DNA of 64,000 nucleotides. It comes from a bacterium (GTDB taxonomy: Bacteria > Patescibacteriota > Dojkabacteria > JAKAPS01 > JAJZLI01). Position 1 is the stretch's first letter; every line of letters starts with the position of its first letter. The notes beneath the pieces are model-generated. The model saw nothing but the letters and a program-made list of their open reading frames with translations, made no database searches and was not told where the DNA came from. Shown here piece by piece: positions 39,749-49,113 of the stretch. The translations under genes and the position numbers were made by a program. The stretch lies in assembly GCA_021785355.1 (NCBI GenBank), contig JAJYFR010000004.1, positions 7,184-71,183 on the forward strand, written 5' to 3'.

Positions 39749-40964
39749 AAACATATTAATTATAGGTTCAGGTTTTGCAGGAATATCCTTTTATAAAGAA
39801 TTTCATAAATTAATACATGAAAGAAGTGATATAAAAATCACAATTTTATCAGAAAATAATTATTTTTTATTTACACCCCTTCTGCATGAAGTTGCAACTG
39901 GAAATTTATTACCAGAAGACATAATAACACCCATAAGGGAAAATTTTTTTTGCTGTACTAGAGAGATTATAATAGATAAGGCTCTTTATATAGACGTTTT
40001 AAAAAAACAAGTGAAATTAAAAAAAACATCTGTAGATTATGATTACCTTGTAATAGCGACTGGGGCGAGCACTAATTTTTTTAATATTAAAGGTGTTAAG
40101 GAATATGCTTATCCTCTCAAGGATATACATGATAGTATAAGGCTAAAGAATGGAATTGTTTCTTTGTTTGAAAAAGCTGAAATGGAGAAATGGAAGAAGA
40201 TAGATGTAGTTTTAGTAGGAGGTGGGGCTACAGGAATAGAATTGTCTGTTGAAATCTCTGAATTTATAGAACAGTTAAAGCCATATTATAAAAATTTAAG
40301 AGAAGAAGATGTAGAATTAAGAGTCAAAATTTTGAATGCCTCTGAAAATTTTATTCCAGATTTTCCTCAAAAGGTAAGAAAGAAGGTACTTTCTTTTTTT
40401 TCAAATATAAATAGTAAAGTCTCTATAGTTTTAAATTCAAGGGTAAAGGTAGTAGAGGAGAATAAAGTGATTTTAGATAACAGAAAGGCAGTTAATTATG
40501 ATTTTTTAGTATGGTCCGCAGGAGTGAAGCCTATTATTCCTTCTAATAATTTAGGAATAGATGTACTGAAAAGAATACCTGTAAATCAATTTTTGCAAAC
40601 AGAATCAGAAAATGTTTTTGCAATCGGAGATGTAGCTGCTGTAAAAAATTTAGAAGGAGGACTTTATCCTCAGTTAGCGCAAATTGCAGAAGAAGAAGCC
40701 AAAATATGCGCATTAAATATATATAATGATATAAATCATAAACCTAAAAAACCTTTTTTATATAATTTAGATAGTTTGCTCCTCTCTTTAGGTCACAATA
40801 ATGCAATTGTTTATTTTAAAGGAATTCTTATTACAGGAAAATCTGCGTGGATACTTTGGAAATTTATATATCTAGTTTTGATGTTTAATGGTAGGTCAAA
40901 GGTTATGACAGCCTTTAATTGGATTTCTGATCAATTTTCCCCAAGAGATATATCCAAAATATAA
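39717..40964 (+). CDS. ndh: Type II NADH dehydrogenase (NDH-2) / FAD-dependent pyridine nucleotide-disulfide oxidoreductase
   Basis: FAD-binding KNILIIGSGFAGISFYKEF, NAD-binding VVLVGGGATGIEL, and a C-terminal membrane-association helix; overlaps the GGDEF gene by 32 nt. Confidence 0.8.
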   Translation: MRIKEKSKKDKNILIIGSGFAGISFYKEFHKLIHERSDIKITILSENNYFLFTPLLHEVATGNLLPEDIITPIRENFFCCTREIIIDKALYIDVLKKQVKLKKTSVDYDYLVIATGASTNFFNIKGVKEYAYPLKDIHDSIRLKNGIVSLFEKAEMEKWKKIDVVLVGGGATGIELSVEISEFIEQLKPYYKNLREEDVELRVKILNASENFIPDFPQKVRKKVLSFFSNINSKVSIVLNSRVKVVEENKVILDNRKAVNYDFLVWSAGVKPIIPSNNLGIDVLKRIPVNQFLQTESENVFAIGDVAAVKNLEGGLYPQLAQIAEEEAKICALNIYNDINHKPKKPFLYNLDSLLLSLGHNNAIVYFKGILITGKSAWILWKFIYLVLMFNGRSKVMTAFNWISDQFSPRDISKI

Positions 40965-41054
40965 TACTTGAGTGTGTTAAATTGTAATTATAATTTAATA
41001 TTGAAGTAGTATAATTTGTTTGCAATATATTACTATTTGTAGTATATAATATGT

Positions 41055-42485
41055 ATGGATATACAATTAATAAAGAAAACTTTAGAATTTTATAATCCTT
41101 GGTGGAAGAGTACTCAAAGTTTGAATGAAATTCCTGTTTTTAGAAGAGATATATATGAAAATATATTTGAAAGTGTAAATGATATAAGACAGATAGTATC
41201 TATTACAGGACCTAGAAGAGTAGGTAAAACTACTATATTAAGGCAATTAATATCAGATTTAATATTTGAAGAGAAAATAGATCCTTTGAAAATAATCTAT
41301 CTTTCTATGGATGATCCTTATATATATTCAAAATCATCAGATATGGAATTTTTTGATAATATTCTTTCTGTTTATGAAAAATTTATATTAAGAGGTGATT
41401 TAGAAAAAACAAAGGTTTATTTTTTTATAGATGAAGTTCATAAATTTAAGGAATGGGAGTTATTTTTAAAAAAATATTATGACAGAGGATATAATATAAA
41501 ATTTATAATATCTGGTTCTGTTTCTCATTCTATATTAGGGAAAAGTCAGGAATCTTTAGCTGGTAGAATTAAAAATTTTAAAGTATATACTTTTTCTTTT
41601 TATGAATATCTTTTTTATAAAATATCTTTTGATGACAAACTAGATCTACCTTTAAAGGAAAATCTTTTAAAATTTTTAAAAAATATACATTCATTAGGAA
41701 AAAATATCTTTCATAATACAAATTTATTTGTCAAAGAAATAGAACCTTATTTATTAGATTTTAAATTTTATGAAGAAGAGATAAGAAATTATTTTTATGA
41801 ATACCTAGTTATAGGAGGTTTTATTGAAAGTTGGTCTATATCTGGACAAGGAATGAGATATGAATATTTATATCAAACTCAAATCGAAAAAGTTTTACTT
41901 CAGGACATATATATACTTGAAGATATAAAAAATACTAAACTTTTAGCATCTCTATTTTTTAAATTCTCTGAAAATTTTGTATCAGAATTTAGTCTCAATT
42001 CCCTAGTAAAAGATTTAAATTTACATAGAGATACAACAGATAGGTATATTAATCTTCTGATAGATTCAAATTTAATATTTTCTCTTTCAAAATATGAAGA
42101 AAATCTAAATAAAAATTCTAATATAAAAGTTTTTTTATCAGATATAGGTATAAGAAATAGTATATTAAAGTTAAACGAAGAAGATATTATTGGAAATAAA
42201 AACTTATTTTTAAAATATATAGAGAACTTAGTTCTACTTTCTCTTGTAAGATATTCAGATTCTATAGATATTAATTATTACAGAGAAAGAGAAAAAGAAA
42301 TAAATTTTATATTAAAATATTCTTCTTTTAATGTAGCTCTAAGTATTGATGGGATAAAAATAAATAAAACCCTATTTAATAAATTTAAATTTGAATATAT
42401 TTTTAATATAACAATGGAGGATGATTTTTCTCTAGATTCAAATATAATTAATTTTCCTTTTATCTTATTCTTTATTCTTTTATAA
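41055..42485 (+). CDS. AAA+ ATPase of the AAA_14/DUF4143 family
   Basis: Walker A ITGPRRVGKTTILRQLI, Walker B VYFFIDEVHKF, C-terminal DUF4143-like region; 476 aa. Confidence 0.65.
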   Translation: MDIQLIKKTLEFYNPWWKSTQSLNEIPVFRRDIYENIFESVNDIRQIVSITGPRRVGKTTILRQLISDLIFEEKIDPLKIIYLSMDDPYIYSKSSDMEFFDNILSVYEKFILRGDLEKTKVYFFIDEVHKFKEWELFLKKYYDRGYNIKFIISGSVSHSILGKSQESLAGRIKNFKVYTFSFYEYLFYKISFDDKLDLPLKENLLKFLKNIHSLGKNIFHNTNLFVKEIEPYLLDFKFYEEEIRNYFYEYLVIGGFIESWSISGQGMRYEYLYQTQIEKVLLQDIYILEDIKNTKLLASLFFKFSENFVSEFSLNSLVKDLNLHRDTTDRYINLLIDSNLIFSLSKYEENLNKNSNIKVFLSDIGIRNSILKLNEEDIIGNKNLFLKYIENLVLLSLVRYSDSIDINYYREREKEINFILKYSSFNVALSIDGIKINKTLFNKFKFEYIFNITMEDDFSLDSNIINFPFILFFILL

Positions 42486-44139
42486 CTCTTAATACTTCTT
42501 CAATAGAAGTTATACCTTCTATTGCTTTTGCCAGACCATCTTCAACCATTAAACTCATTCCTTTTTCTTGTGCCATTTTTTGTATTTCTTCTGAAGTAGC
42601 TTTATGTGTTATAAGAGATTTCATTTCGTCATCTACTTGTAGTATTTCATAAATACCTATTCTTCCTTTATATCCATTAGTACAGTATTCACAACCTACA
42701 GCTTGATAAAATTTAGTATTGGTTATTTTCTTATCGACACCTTTCTTTTTATATTGTTCTTCTAATATTTTTAATACTTTACTGTCCATGGAATATTCTT
42801 TTTTGCATGTATTACATAATTTTCTAACTAATCTTTGCGCAATTACAACATTAAGAGTAGATGCAACCAAAAATGATTCTATTTGCATATCTATTAATCT
42901 AGGGATTGCTCCTGATGCATCATTTGTATGGAGAGTAGATAAAACTAAATGTCCTGTCATAGCTGCATTTATAGATATATCTGCAGTTTCATTGTCTCTT
43001 ATTTCTCCTACCATTATAATATCAGGGTCTTGTCTTAAAAAAGATCTTAAACCACTTGCAAAAGTAAGCCCAATAGAAGTATTAACTTGTGTCTGATTTA
43101 CTCTAGGCATGCTGTACTCAATAGGATCCTCTATTGTATCAAGATTAACCTCTGGTGTATTTAACTGAGAGAGAATAGTATAGAGTGTTGTACTTTTTCC
43201 TGAACCTGTTGGTCCTGTTACAAGAATCATTCCCACAGTTCTTTTGATAGAATCTTTTATTATTTCTAAATCTCTTCCTCTAAATCCTAAAGCTTCAAGG
43301 TTATATGATTTTGCATTATCTTCTAATAATCTTGCTACTAAAACCTCTCCAAAATATACTGGCATTATTGATATTCTGAAAGAGATAAATTGATTATCTA
43401 TACTAATTTTAAATCTACCATCCTGAGGAAGTCTATGTTCATCTATTTTCAAATTAGAAAGTATTTTAATTCTGGCTATTACAGCTTTATGTATATCTAT
43501 AGAATAAGTAGCTTGGTCATGTAATATCCCATCAATTCTATATCGTATTATTGCTTTTTCTTCTAAAGGTTCTATATGAATATCTGAAGCTCCCATTGTT
43601 TTTGCATATTCCAGTATAGTATCTGTTATATTAATTATAGGGAGAGCTTCTGCATCTTCTCCTTTTAAACCTTTTGTTTCTTTTTCATTTTTTTCAATTA
43701 TATTTTTCAACTCTTCTTTTATTGAGGTCTTATACATCTTTAGTCCCTCAAAAAAAGACTTTTCTGTTATAAAATAAGGATCAATAATATATCCTGTTCC
43801 TTTCTTTATGAATTCTAAAGTGTTTATATCTCTAGGATTAGTCATTCCTATTTTTAGCTCAGAAGGAGTTTTTTCAAATGCAATTATCTTTTTTTCAATT
43901 GCAATTTTTTCAGGAATAATTTTTACAGTATCAGGATCAATACTTTTATGTATTAGTGATATATGAGGTATTGAAAATTCTTCTGTAACAAGTTCTCCTA
44001 ATTTATCTTCTGTTATTATGTTTCTACCTATAATAAGTTCTTCAATTGAACTTCCAATCTGTTTTGACTTATCTTCGAGCTTTTCATACTCTTCATTCGA
44101 GATATATTTATTTTTTATTAATAATTCTTTTAAATCCAT
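42472..44139 (-). CDS. pilB: Type IV pilus assembly ATPase PilB (GspE family)
   Basis: N-terminal GSPII_E_N-like domain, Walker A MILVTGPTGSGKSTTLY, Asp/His boxes, Walker B IIMVGEIRD, and a tetracysteine motif (CNTCKKEY...CEYCTNGYKGR); 555 aa. Confidence 0.9.
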   Translation of the reverse strand: MDLKELLIKNKYISNEEYEKLEDKSKQIGSSIEELIIGRNIITEDKLGELVTEEFSIPHISLIHKSIDPDTVKIIPEKIAIEKKIIAFEKTPSELKIGMTNPRDINTLEFIKKGTGYIIDPYFITEKSFFEGLKMYKTSIKEELKNIIEKNEKETKGLKGEDAEALPIINITDTILEYAKTMGASDIHIEPLEEKAIIRYRIDGILHDQATYSIDIHKAVIARIKILSNLKIDEHRLPQDGRFKISIDNQFISFRISIMPVYFGEVLVARLLEDNAKSYNLEALGFRGRDLEIIKDSIKRTVGMILVTGPTGSGKSTTLYTILSQLNTPEVNLDTIEDPIEYSMPRVNQTQVNTSIGLTFASGLRSFLRQDPDIIMVGEIRDNETADISINAAMTGHLVLSTLHTNDASGAIPRLIDMQIESFLVASTLNVVIAQRLVRKLCNTCKKEYSMDSKVLKILEEQYKKKGVDKKITNTKFYQAVGCEYCTNGYKGRIGIYEILQVDDEMKSLITHKATSEEIQKMAQEKGMSLMVEDGLAKAIEGITSIEEVLRVIKE

Positions 44140-45536
44140 TATTCATTTGGAGGAACTATATATACTCCATTTATAATTGAAGCAAGAGTTTTAAATATTT
44201 GATTTTGTGCTTGACTTAAAGAAATATTTCCTTCTATAACAGAATTAAATACATTATCCACAAATTTATAATCTCCCATCTCCCAAGATTTTGAAGTTGG
44301 TGCCATTTGTACAAAGGGTTCCATATATTTATAATTTGTAGCCAAGTTTGCCATATCTGTTCTAGGAAAAACTTCTCCTAAAACTTCTTTATTTTTAATT
44401 TCATTATTATAAAGAGTAGTAAGAGTGCTTTGAGAATCTAAATAATTTAGAAAATTCCAAGCTACCTGAGGGTATTGAGAATACTTTACAACTGCCTTTG
44501 CAAAATATAAAGATAAATTAACATTTTGTCCAGGTATTTGAGGTGGTGCCATTACTCCTATATTTATATTAGGATTTAGTATAAATATATTTTGAATTTC
44601 CCAAGAAGGTTCTAATATCATAGCAACACTTCCCCCCGCAAATGCAGATACAGAGTTAGGGAAAGTAGCACTCCAACCATCTGTTTGAGCTATTTGGTAA
44701 TAAAGATTTAAAGCTTCTTGTGCTTGTGGTCCATTTGCAAAAGTAACTTGGTTTCCGCCTATCATTTGAGTGTTATTGATAAACATAAGATAAGTCAATA
44801 TATTATATGCATTATTTATATTTCCAGTGCTCTTACCTATATCTATAGCTGCTTGTGTTACATTTCCATTACTATCTTTAACAACTAATTTAGGTATTTG
44901 ACTAACGAAAGTATTTATATTTGAAGATGGTGCACTTAAACCTGCTTTTGCAAATTCTGTTTTATTATAAATTAAACTTAATCCATCATAATTTGAAGGA
45001 AGTGCATAAATATTCCCATTTGAAGTTAAATCTTGGAAAGCAGTAGGGTAGAAAATGCTTTTGAAAGTATTTATATTTATAATATTTGAAGGTGCAGGAT
45101 ATAGGTATTTTTGAAAAATAGGAAGATATGTATTTCCTATAGTTACAATATCAGGAGTATTTCCTCCTTTTTGTAATGTTTGAAATAAAGTGCTTTCATA
45201 ATTTTTAGAAGGGACCTGAATATAATTTATTTTTACTCCAGGATGACTTTTTTCGTATTGATTTATAACAGAGGAATATACGCTTTGAGGTTGTCTTATT
45301 CCCCACATAGTTAATACTATTTCTTTAGGTTTTTTATTAAAAGTAGCTGTTATTAGATATACTAGTGCTCCTCCTAATATAAGGACTCCAGCAAAAACAG
45401 CAATAGATATAATAATAAGTCTTTTTCTTTTTTCTTTAATTTTTTGAATTTCTAAAAAAGAATTTTCAGGTACGCCTTGGGGTAAAGTTTCTTGAGAAGG
45501 TGTAGGTGTTGTGGTTGCTTCATATTTATCTTGCAT
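44139..45536 (-). CDS. Membrane-anchored extracellular solute-binding protein-like (SBP_bac_1-type) orphan
   Basis: N-terminal TM (LIIISIAVFAGVLILGGALVYLI) then an approx 400-aa domain with a periplasmic sugar-binding-protein-like pattern (TMWGIRQPQSVYSSVINQYEKSHPGVKINYIQVP...GNTPDIVTIGNTYLP). No permease/ATPase genes adjacent. Confidence 0.45.
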   Translation of the reverse strand: MQDKYEATTTPTPSQETLPQGVPENSFLEIQKIKEKRKRLIIISIAVFAGVLILGGALVYLITATFNKKPKEIVLTMWGIRQPQSVYSSVINQYEKSHPGVKINYIQVPSKNYESTLFQTLQKGGNTPDIVTIGNTYLPIFQKYLYPAPSNIININTFKSIFYPTAFQDLTSNGNIYALPSNYDGLSLIYNKTEFAKAGLSAPSSNINTFVSQIPKLVVKDSNGNVTQAAIDIGKSTGNINNAYNILTYLMFINNTQMIGGNQVTFANGPQAQEALNLYYQIAQTDGWSATFPNSVSAFAGGSVAMILEPSWEIQNIFILNPNINIGVMAPPQIPGQNVNLSLYFAKAVVKYSQYPQVAWNFLNYLDSQSTLTTLYNNEIKNKEVLGEVFPRTDMANLATNYKYMEPFVQMAPTSKSWEMGDYKFVDNVFNSVIEGNISLSQAQNQIFKTLASIINGVYIVPPNE

Positions 45537-45543
45537 TATTTTA

Positions 45544-46404
45544 TTATATACTATTCATATATTCCTTCAATTCTCTCCATAAAACAGGGTCATCTTTAGC
45601 ATATTCAATAGTAGTTTTTAAAAAATTTAAAGGATCACCTGTTGTTAACCATTTACCTTCTATTTTTGTTGCAAGAACAGAACCTTGTTTTGTGAACTTT
45701 GAAATAGCATCAATTAGCCATAATTCATTATTTTTTCCCAATACTTTTTTGTCTAATTCCTCTACTACATCTCTGTTTAATATATATCTTCCAAAAGAGA
45801 CATGGCTTGACATAATATTTTCAATACTAGGTTTTTCTATTATTTGATCTACAGTAATACCATCTTCTTTGAATTTTATATTACTATATTTTACAATTTC
45901 TTCTTTTGGTAATTCTTGAGTAGCTAATATTATTTTTTTAGGGTGTTTATAACTAAATTCTATTAATTGTTTTGTTGCAGGAACTGTAGCTTTCACAATA
46001 TCATCTCCAAACATATATATAAAATTTTCCTCATCTTTAATTAAATTTTTTGCAACTAAAAGAGGTGTACCATTTCCATAAGGAAGATGTTTCTTTTGTC
46101 TAACATATATATAATTAGCTTTCTTAGGTAAATCTTTTAATTCTTTGAGTAGTTCTAATTTTCCACTTTCTTCTAAATGAAATTCTAAATCTATATTATT
46201 ATCAAAATGGCTTTCTAGAGTATATTGACCTCTTGTTACCATTATTATGTCTTTAATTCCAGAGTCAATAAGTTCCTCCACTAGGTATTGGATAATAGGT
46301 TTGTTTATAATAGGAAGCATTTCCTTTGGTTGTACTTTTGTTGCAGGTAAAAACCTCGTTCCATAGCCAGCTAGGGCTATTACAGCTTTAGTTATTTTAT
46401 TCAT
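45544..46404 (-). CDS. galU: UTP--glucose-1-phosphate uridylyltransferase
   Basis: AVIALAGYGTRFLPATKVQPKEMLPIINKPIIQYLVEE (G-x-G-T-R-x-LPxTK signature), 286 aa. Confidence 0.9.
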   Translation of the reverse strand: MNKITKAVIALAGYGTRFLPATKVQPKEMLPIINKPIIQYLVEELIDSGIKDIIMVTRGQYTLESHFDNNIDLEFHLEESGKLELLKELKDLPKKANYIYVRQKKHLPYGNGTPLLVAKNLIKDEENFIYMFGDDIVKATVPATKQLIEFSYKHPKKIILATQELPKEEIVKYSNIKFKEDGITVDQIIEKPSIENIMSSHVSFGRYILNRDVVEELDKKVLGKNNELWLIDAISKFTKQGSVLATKIEGKWLTTGDPLNFLKTTIEYAKDDPVLWRELKEYMNSI

Positions 46405-46501
46405 ATATAAATTTATTATATTATAAAATAAAAAAAATACAATATTTTTTTCTTCTAAATATCTTTAAATATGGTGTCTATTGTGATATTGTATATTCTA
46501 T

Positions 46502-48439
46502 ATGGAAGGTCAAAATAACGAGCATGCAATACCTCAAAATATAATGAGCGTGGAGTTCAAGTTAATAGGGGATCTAACGATTAAACAGTTTGTTTTTGTT
46601 GCTATACCTTTACTACTTGGATTTCTGATGTTCGTTTTTAAAGTTAATAATTATATAACTTTAGTATTCACGGGTATCTTTTTATTAGCAGCTTTATTTA
46701 TAGATTTTATTCCTCTTGATGATAGACCTCTAGATGAGTGGATAATAAATTTTATAATTGCAGTGAAAAATCCTACACAAAGAATATGGGGAAAGAAACC
46801 TTCGTACCCCAATATTTTAAGAATTCCTAAAGCTATAATGCCAAAAGTTAAGAAAAATGAGGATGTAGCTACATTTCTCTATCAATCTCCTTTAGATACA
46901 AGTATACAAAGTTCGAGTGGTAATAGTGCTACAAAAATTTTAGATGATAAAGAAAAAAATTTTATGTCAAATATAGATAATATAAATGATTCTTTAGGAG
47001 ATAATGTCTCAATAAATGCAGGAGGAAGGCCTGTTATTTCTCCTGCTTTTAATATTCCTACAAGTAATAATTTTCAAAATAATCCTACAAAAGAAGATGT
47101 ATCAAGTAATACAAATCCTACAGAGAATGTACCTTTTACAACAGGAGATAATAGTAAGAATAAAGATGATAATTTACTTTCATCTAGAATAGGCAATGAA
47201 GATCCTAAAAATTTTTATAAACCTGAAAAGCTATATACTGAAGAAAGGGAAGAAGATTCTTCTGATGTAAAGAAAACAATACCATCAGTTGATGCCTCAA
47301 GTATGAACGCCAATCCTTTTTTTTCTCAAGATAATCCTTTTGGTCTTATTAATACAGGAAACCACGTTAACCCTGTACCTCAGCAAAGTAATGAAAGTTT
47401 CTCTACTGTACCTTCCACACCTGAGATTAAAGATGAAAATCCTAATTTAGATAAGGCAGATAAAATTGAGGATACTTCTTTTAGAGAAGGAGGTGTAAAT
47501 ATATTAGATCTATCTTCTCAAATGGATAGTGTTGAGGGTATTACAATTCCATCTGTTAATGAAAGTATTTCGAATCCATATGACAATGCTACTGTGGCAA
47601 CTCCTATTGATATTACAAAAGATTCTCCACCACAAGAAGAGACAGTGGAGCCTCAAATCTCAAATGTGTCTGAGAATGACAATATAGCTCCAACCCAAAT
47701 AGATAATGCACCTGTTGATGAAAGTATTAATCCATATGACAATGCTACTGTGGCAACTCCTATTGATATTGCAAAAGATACTCCACCACAAGAAGAGATA
47801 GTTGAACCTCAAATCTCAAATGTATCTGAGAATGATAATATAGCTCAGACCCAAATAGATAATGTACCTGTTGATGAAAGTATTAATCCATATGACAATG
47901 CTACTGTGGCAACTCCTATTGATATTGCAAAAGATACCTCACCACAAGAAGAGACAGTTGAACCTCAAATCTCAAATGTTATAAATAAGAGTCCAGAGAG
48001 TAATAACGAAATGAACGAAATGTTGGAAAGGTTGAAAAAGTTAGAGGAAGAAAATTCATCCTTAAAAAAGGCATTAGAAACAACATCAAGTACTCCTTCT
48101 CCTCAAAATACTAATTCTTCAATAAATAGCAATTTTGATATAAATGATTTTAAAAAATATCTTCCTGAATTTGTAAATAACCCTAATGTTATAGCAGGAG
48201 TATTAGTAGATAGCCAAGGAAATATCATTCAAGATGCAGTTATAATAATAAAAGATTCTTCTCAAAAACCTATTAGAGCTATAAAAAGTAATCAACTTGG
48301 ACAATTTTTTATTAGAACTCCATTACCTGATGGAAATTATACACTTGAAGTTACACATCCAAAGTTTGCATTTGAAAGTACTGGGGTGGACTTGACGGGT
48401 GTGATAAAAGAACCTATATTAATATATTCTAAGACTTAA
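46502..48439 (+). CDS. Membrane-anchored surface protein with tandem 52-aa repeats and C-terminal CarboxypepD_reg-like beta-sandwich domain
   Basis: 645 aa with two N-terminal TM helices and a Ser/Asn/Pro-rich region. A 52-aa unit (NPYDNATVATPIDI[TA]KD[ST]PPQEE[TI]VEPQISNVSENDNIA.TQIDN.PVDESI) occurs 2.6 times, followed by a coiled coil (EMLERLKKLEEENSSLKKALE). The C-terminus VIAGVLVDSQGNIIQDAVIIIKDSS...GQFFIRTPLPDGNYTLEVTHPKFAF matches the carboxypeptidase-regulatory-like pattern. Confidence 0.6.
   Translation: MEGQNNEHAIPQNIMSVEFKLIGDLTIKQFVFVAIPLLLGFLMFVFKVNNYITLVFTGIFLLAALFIDFIPLDDRPLDEWIINFIIAVKNPTQRIWGKKPSYPNILRIPKAIMPKVKKNEDVATFLYQSPLDTSIQSSSGNSATKILDDKEKNFMSNIDNINDSLGDNVSINAGGRPVISPAFNIPTSNNFQNNPTKEDVSSNTNPTENVPFTTGDNSKNKDDNLLSSRIGNEDPKNFYKPEKLYTEEREEDSSDVKKTIPSVDASSMNANPFFSQDNPFGLINTGNHVNPVPQQSNESFSTVPSTPEIKDENPNLDKADKIEDTSFREGGVNILDLSSQMDSVEGITIPSVNESISNPYDNATVATPIDITKDSPPQEETVEPQISNVSENDNIAPTQIDNAPVDESINPYDNATVATPIDIAKDTPPQEEIVEPQISNVSENDNIAQTQIDNVPVDESINPYDNATVATPIDIAKDTSPQEETVEPQISNVINKSPESNNEMNEMLERLKKLEEENSSLKKALETTSSTPSPQNTNSSINSNFDINDFKKYLPEFVNNPNVIAGVLVDSQGNIIQDAVIIIKDSSQKPIRAIKSNQLGQFFIRTPLPDGNYTLEVTHPKFAFESTGVDLTGVIKEPILIYSKT
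47574..47980. repeat. Tandem direct repeat, 156-bp unit x approx 2.6 copies (approx 93% identical), coding
   Basis: Units start at 47574, 47729 and 47885 (AATCCATATGACAATGCTACTGTGGCAACTCCTATTGATATT...). Differences between copies are mostly synonymous or conservative. Confidence 0.85.
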
Positions 48440-48442
48440 AAT

Positions 48443-49111
48443 ATGCAAAAAAATACACGTATTGTAGCTACAACTCAAGATCATCTAAGTATAGAAGATA
48501 TAAAGGATAATTTTGTTGTACTTAAAAATGGAAATGTATCTGTTGTTATAGAAACTTCTGCTGTAAATTTCTATCTTCTCTCAGAGGTTGAACAGAGTTC
48601 TAAGATATATGCTTTTGCTGGGTTGCTTAACTCTTTAGGTTTTTATATACAGGTTATGATTCACACAGAAAATGTTGATATATCTGCATATCTTAAACAT
48701 ATAGATGAATATAAAGTAAAAGAAAAGGATCCTAAAATTAAATATCAGATAGATATATATAGAAAATTTGTAAAAGACCTTATTGTTAAGAATAATGTTT
48801 TAGATAAACATTTTTATATAGTTATACCTTATATGACTCAAATGCCTAAAAAACCTGGTTTTATAGATAAATTTATGAAAAAAGATTCAGCACCATCTTT
48901 TGATGTAGATCAATTAATACTTCAAGCTTCATCGAGACTTTTGCCAAGGAGAGATCATGTAATAAGGCAACTTTCAAGGATGGGATTAAAATCAAAGCAG
49001 TTAGATAGTTCAGATTTGATAAAACTTTTTTATAATATCTATAATCCTGCAAATTCTAAAATAAGAAGAAATTTCGATGAATATACTTCTCCAATAGTTA
49101 GTTCTCAATAA
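48443..49111 (+). CDS. Hypothetical protein paired with VirB4-like ATPase (possible split-off VirB4 N-terminal domain)
   Basis: 222 aa ending 2 nt before the ATPase gene. The N-terminal region (DHLSIEDIKDNFVVLKNGNVSVVIE...LLNSLGFYIQVMIH) is similar to ORF 56152..56670 (DILGIEEDLIILKNSVYSKIFEI...FLISLKIDIQFIAI), which likewise precedes the second VirB4-like gene. Confidence 0.45.
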   Translation: MQKNTRIVATTQDHLSIEDIKDNFVVLKNGNVSVVIETSAVNFYLLSEVEQSSKIYAFAGLLNSLGFYIQVMIHTENVDISAYLKHIDEYKVKEKDPKIKYQIDIYRKFVKDLIVKNNVLDKHFYIVIPYMTQMPKKPGFIDKFMKKDSAPSFDVDQLILQASSRLLPRRDHVIRQLSRMGLKSKQLDSSDLIKLFYNIYNPANSKIRRNFDEYTSPIVSSQ

Positions 49112-49113
49112 TA

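Noticed and set aside
47574-47980. CRISPR array or other non-coding repeat
   Set aside because: The 156-bp repeats are in-frame coding repeats of a surface protein with no interspersed unique spacers of CRISPR type. No cas genes are in the window.
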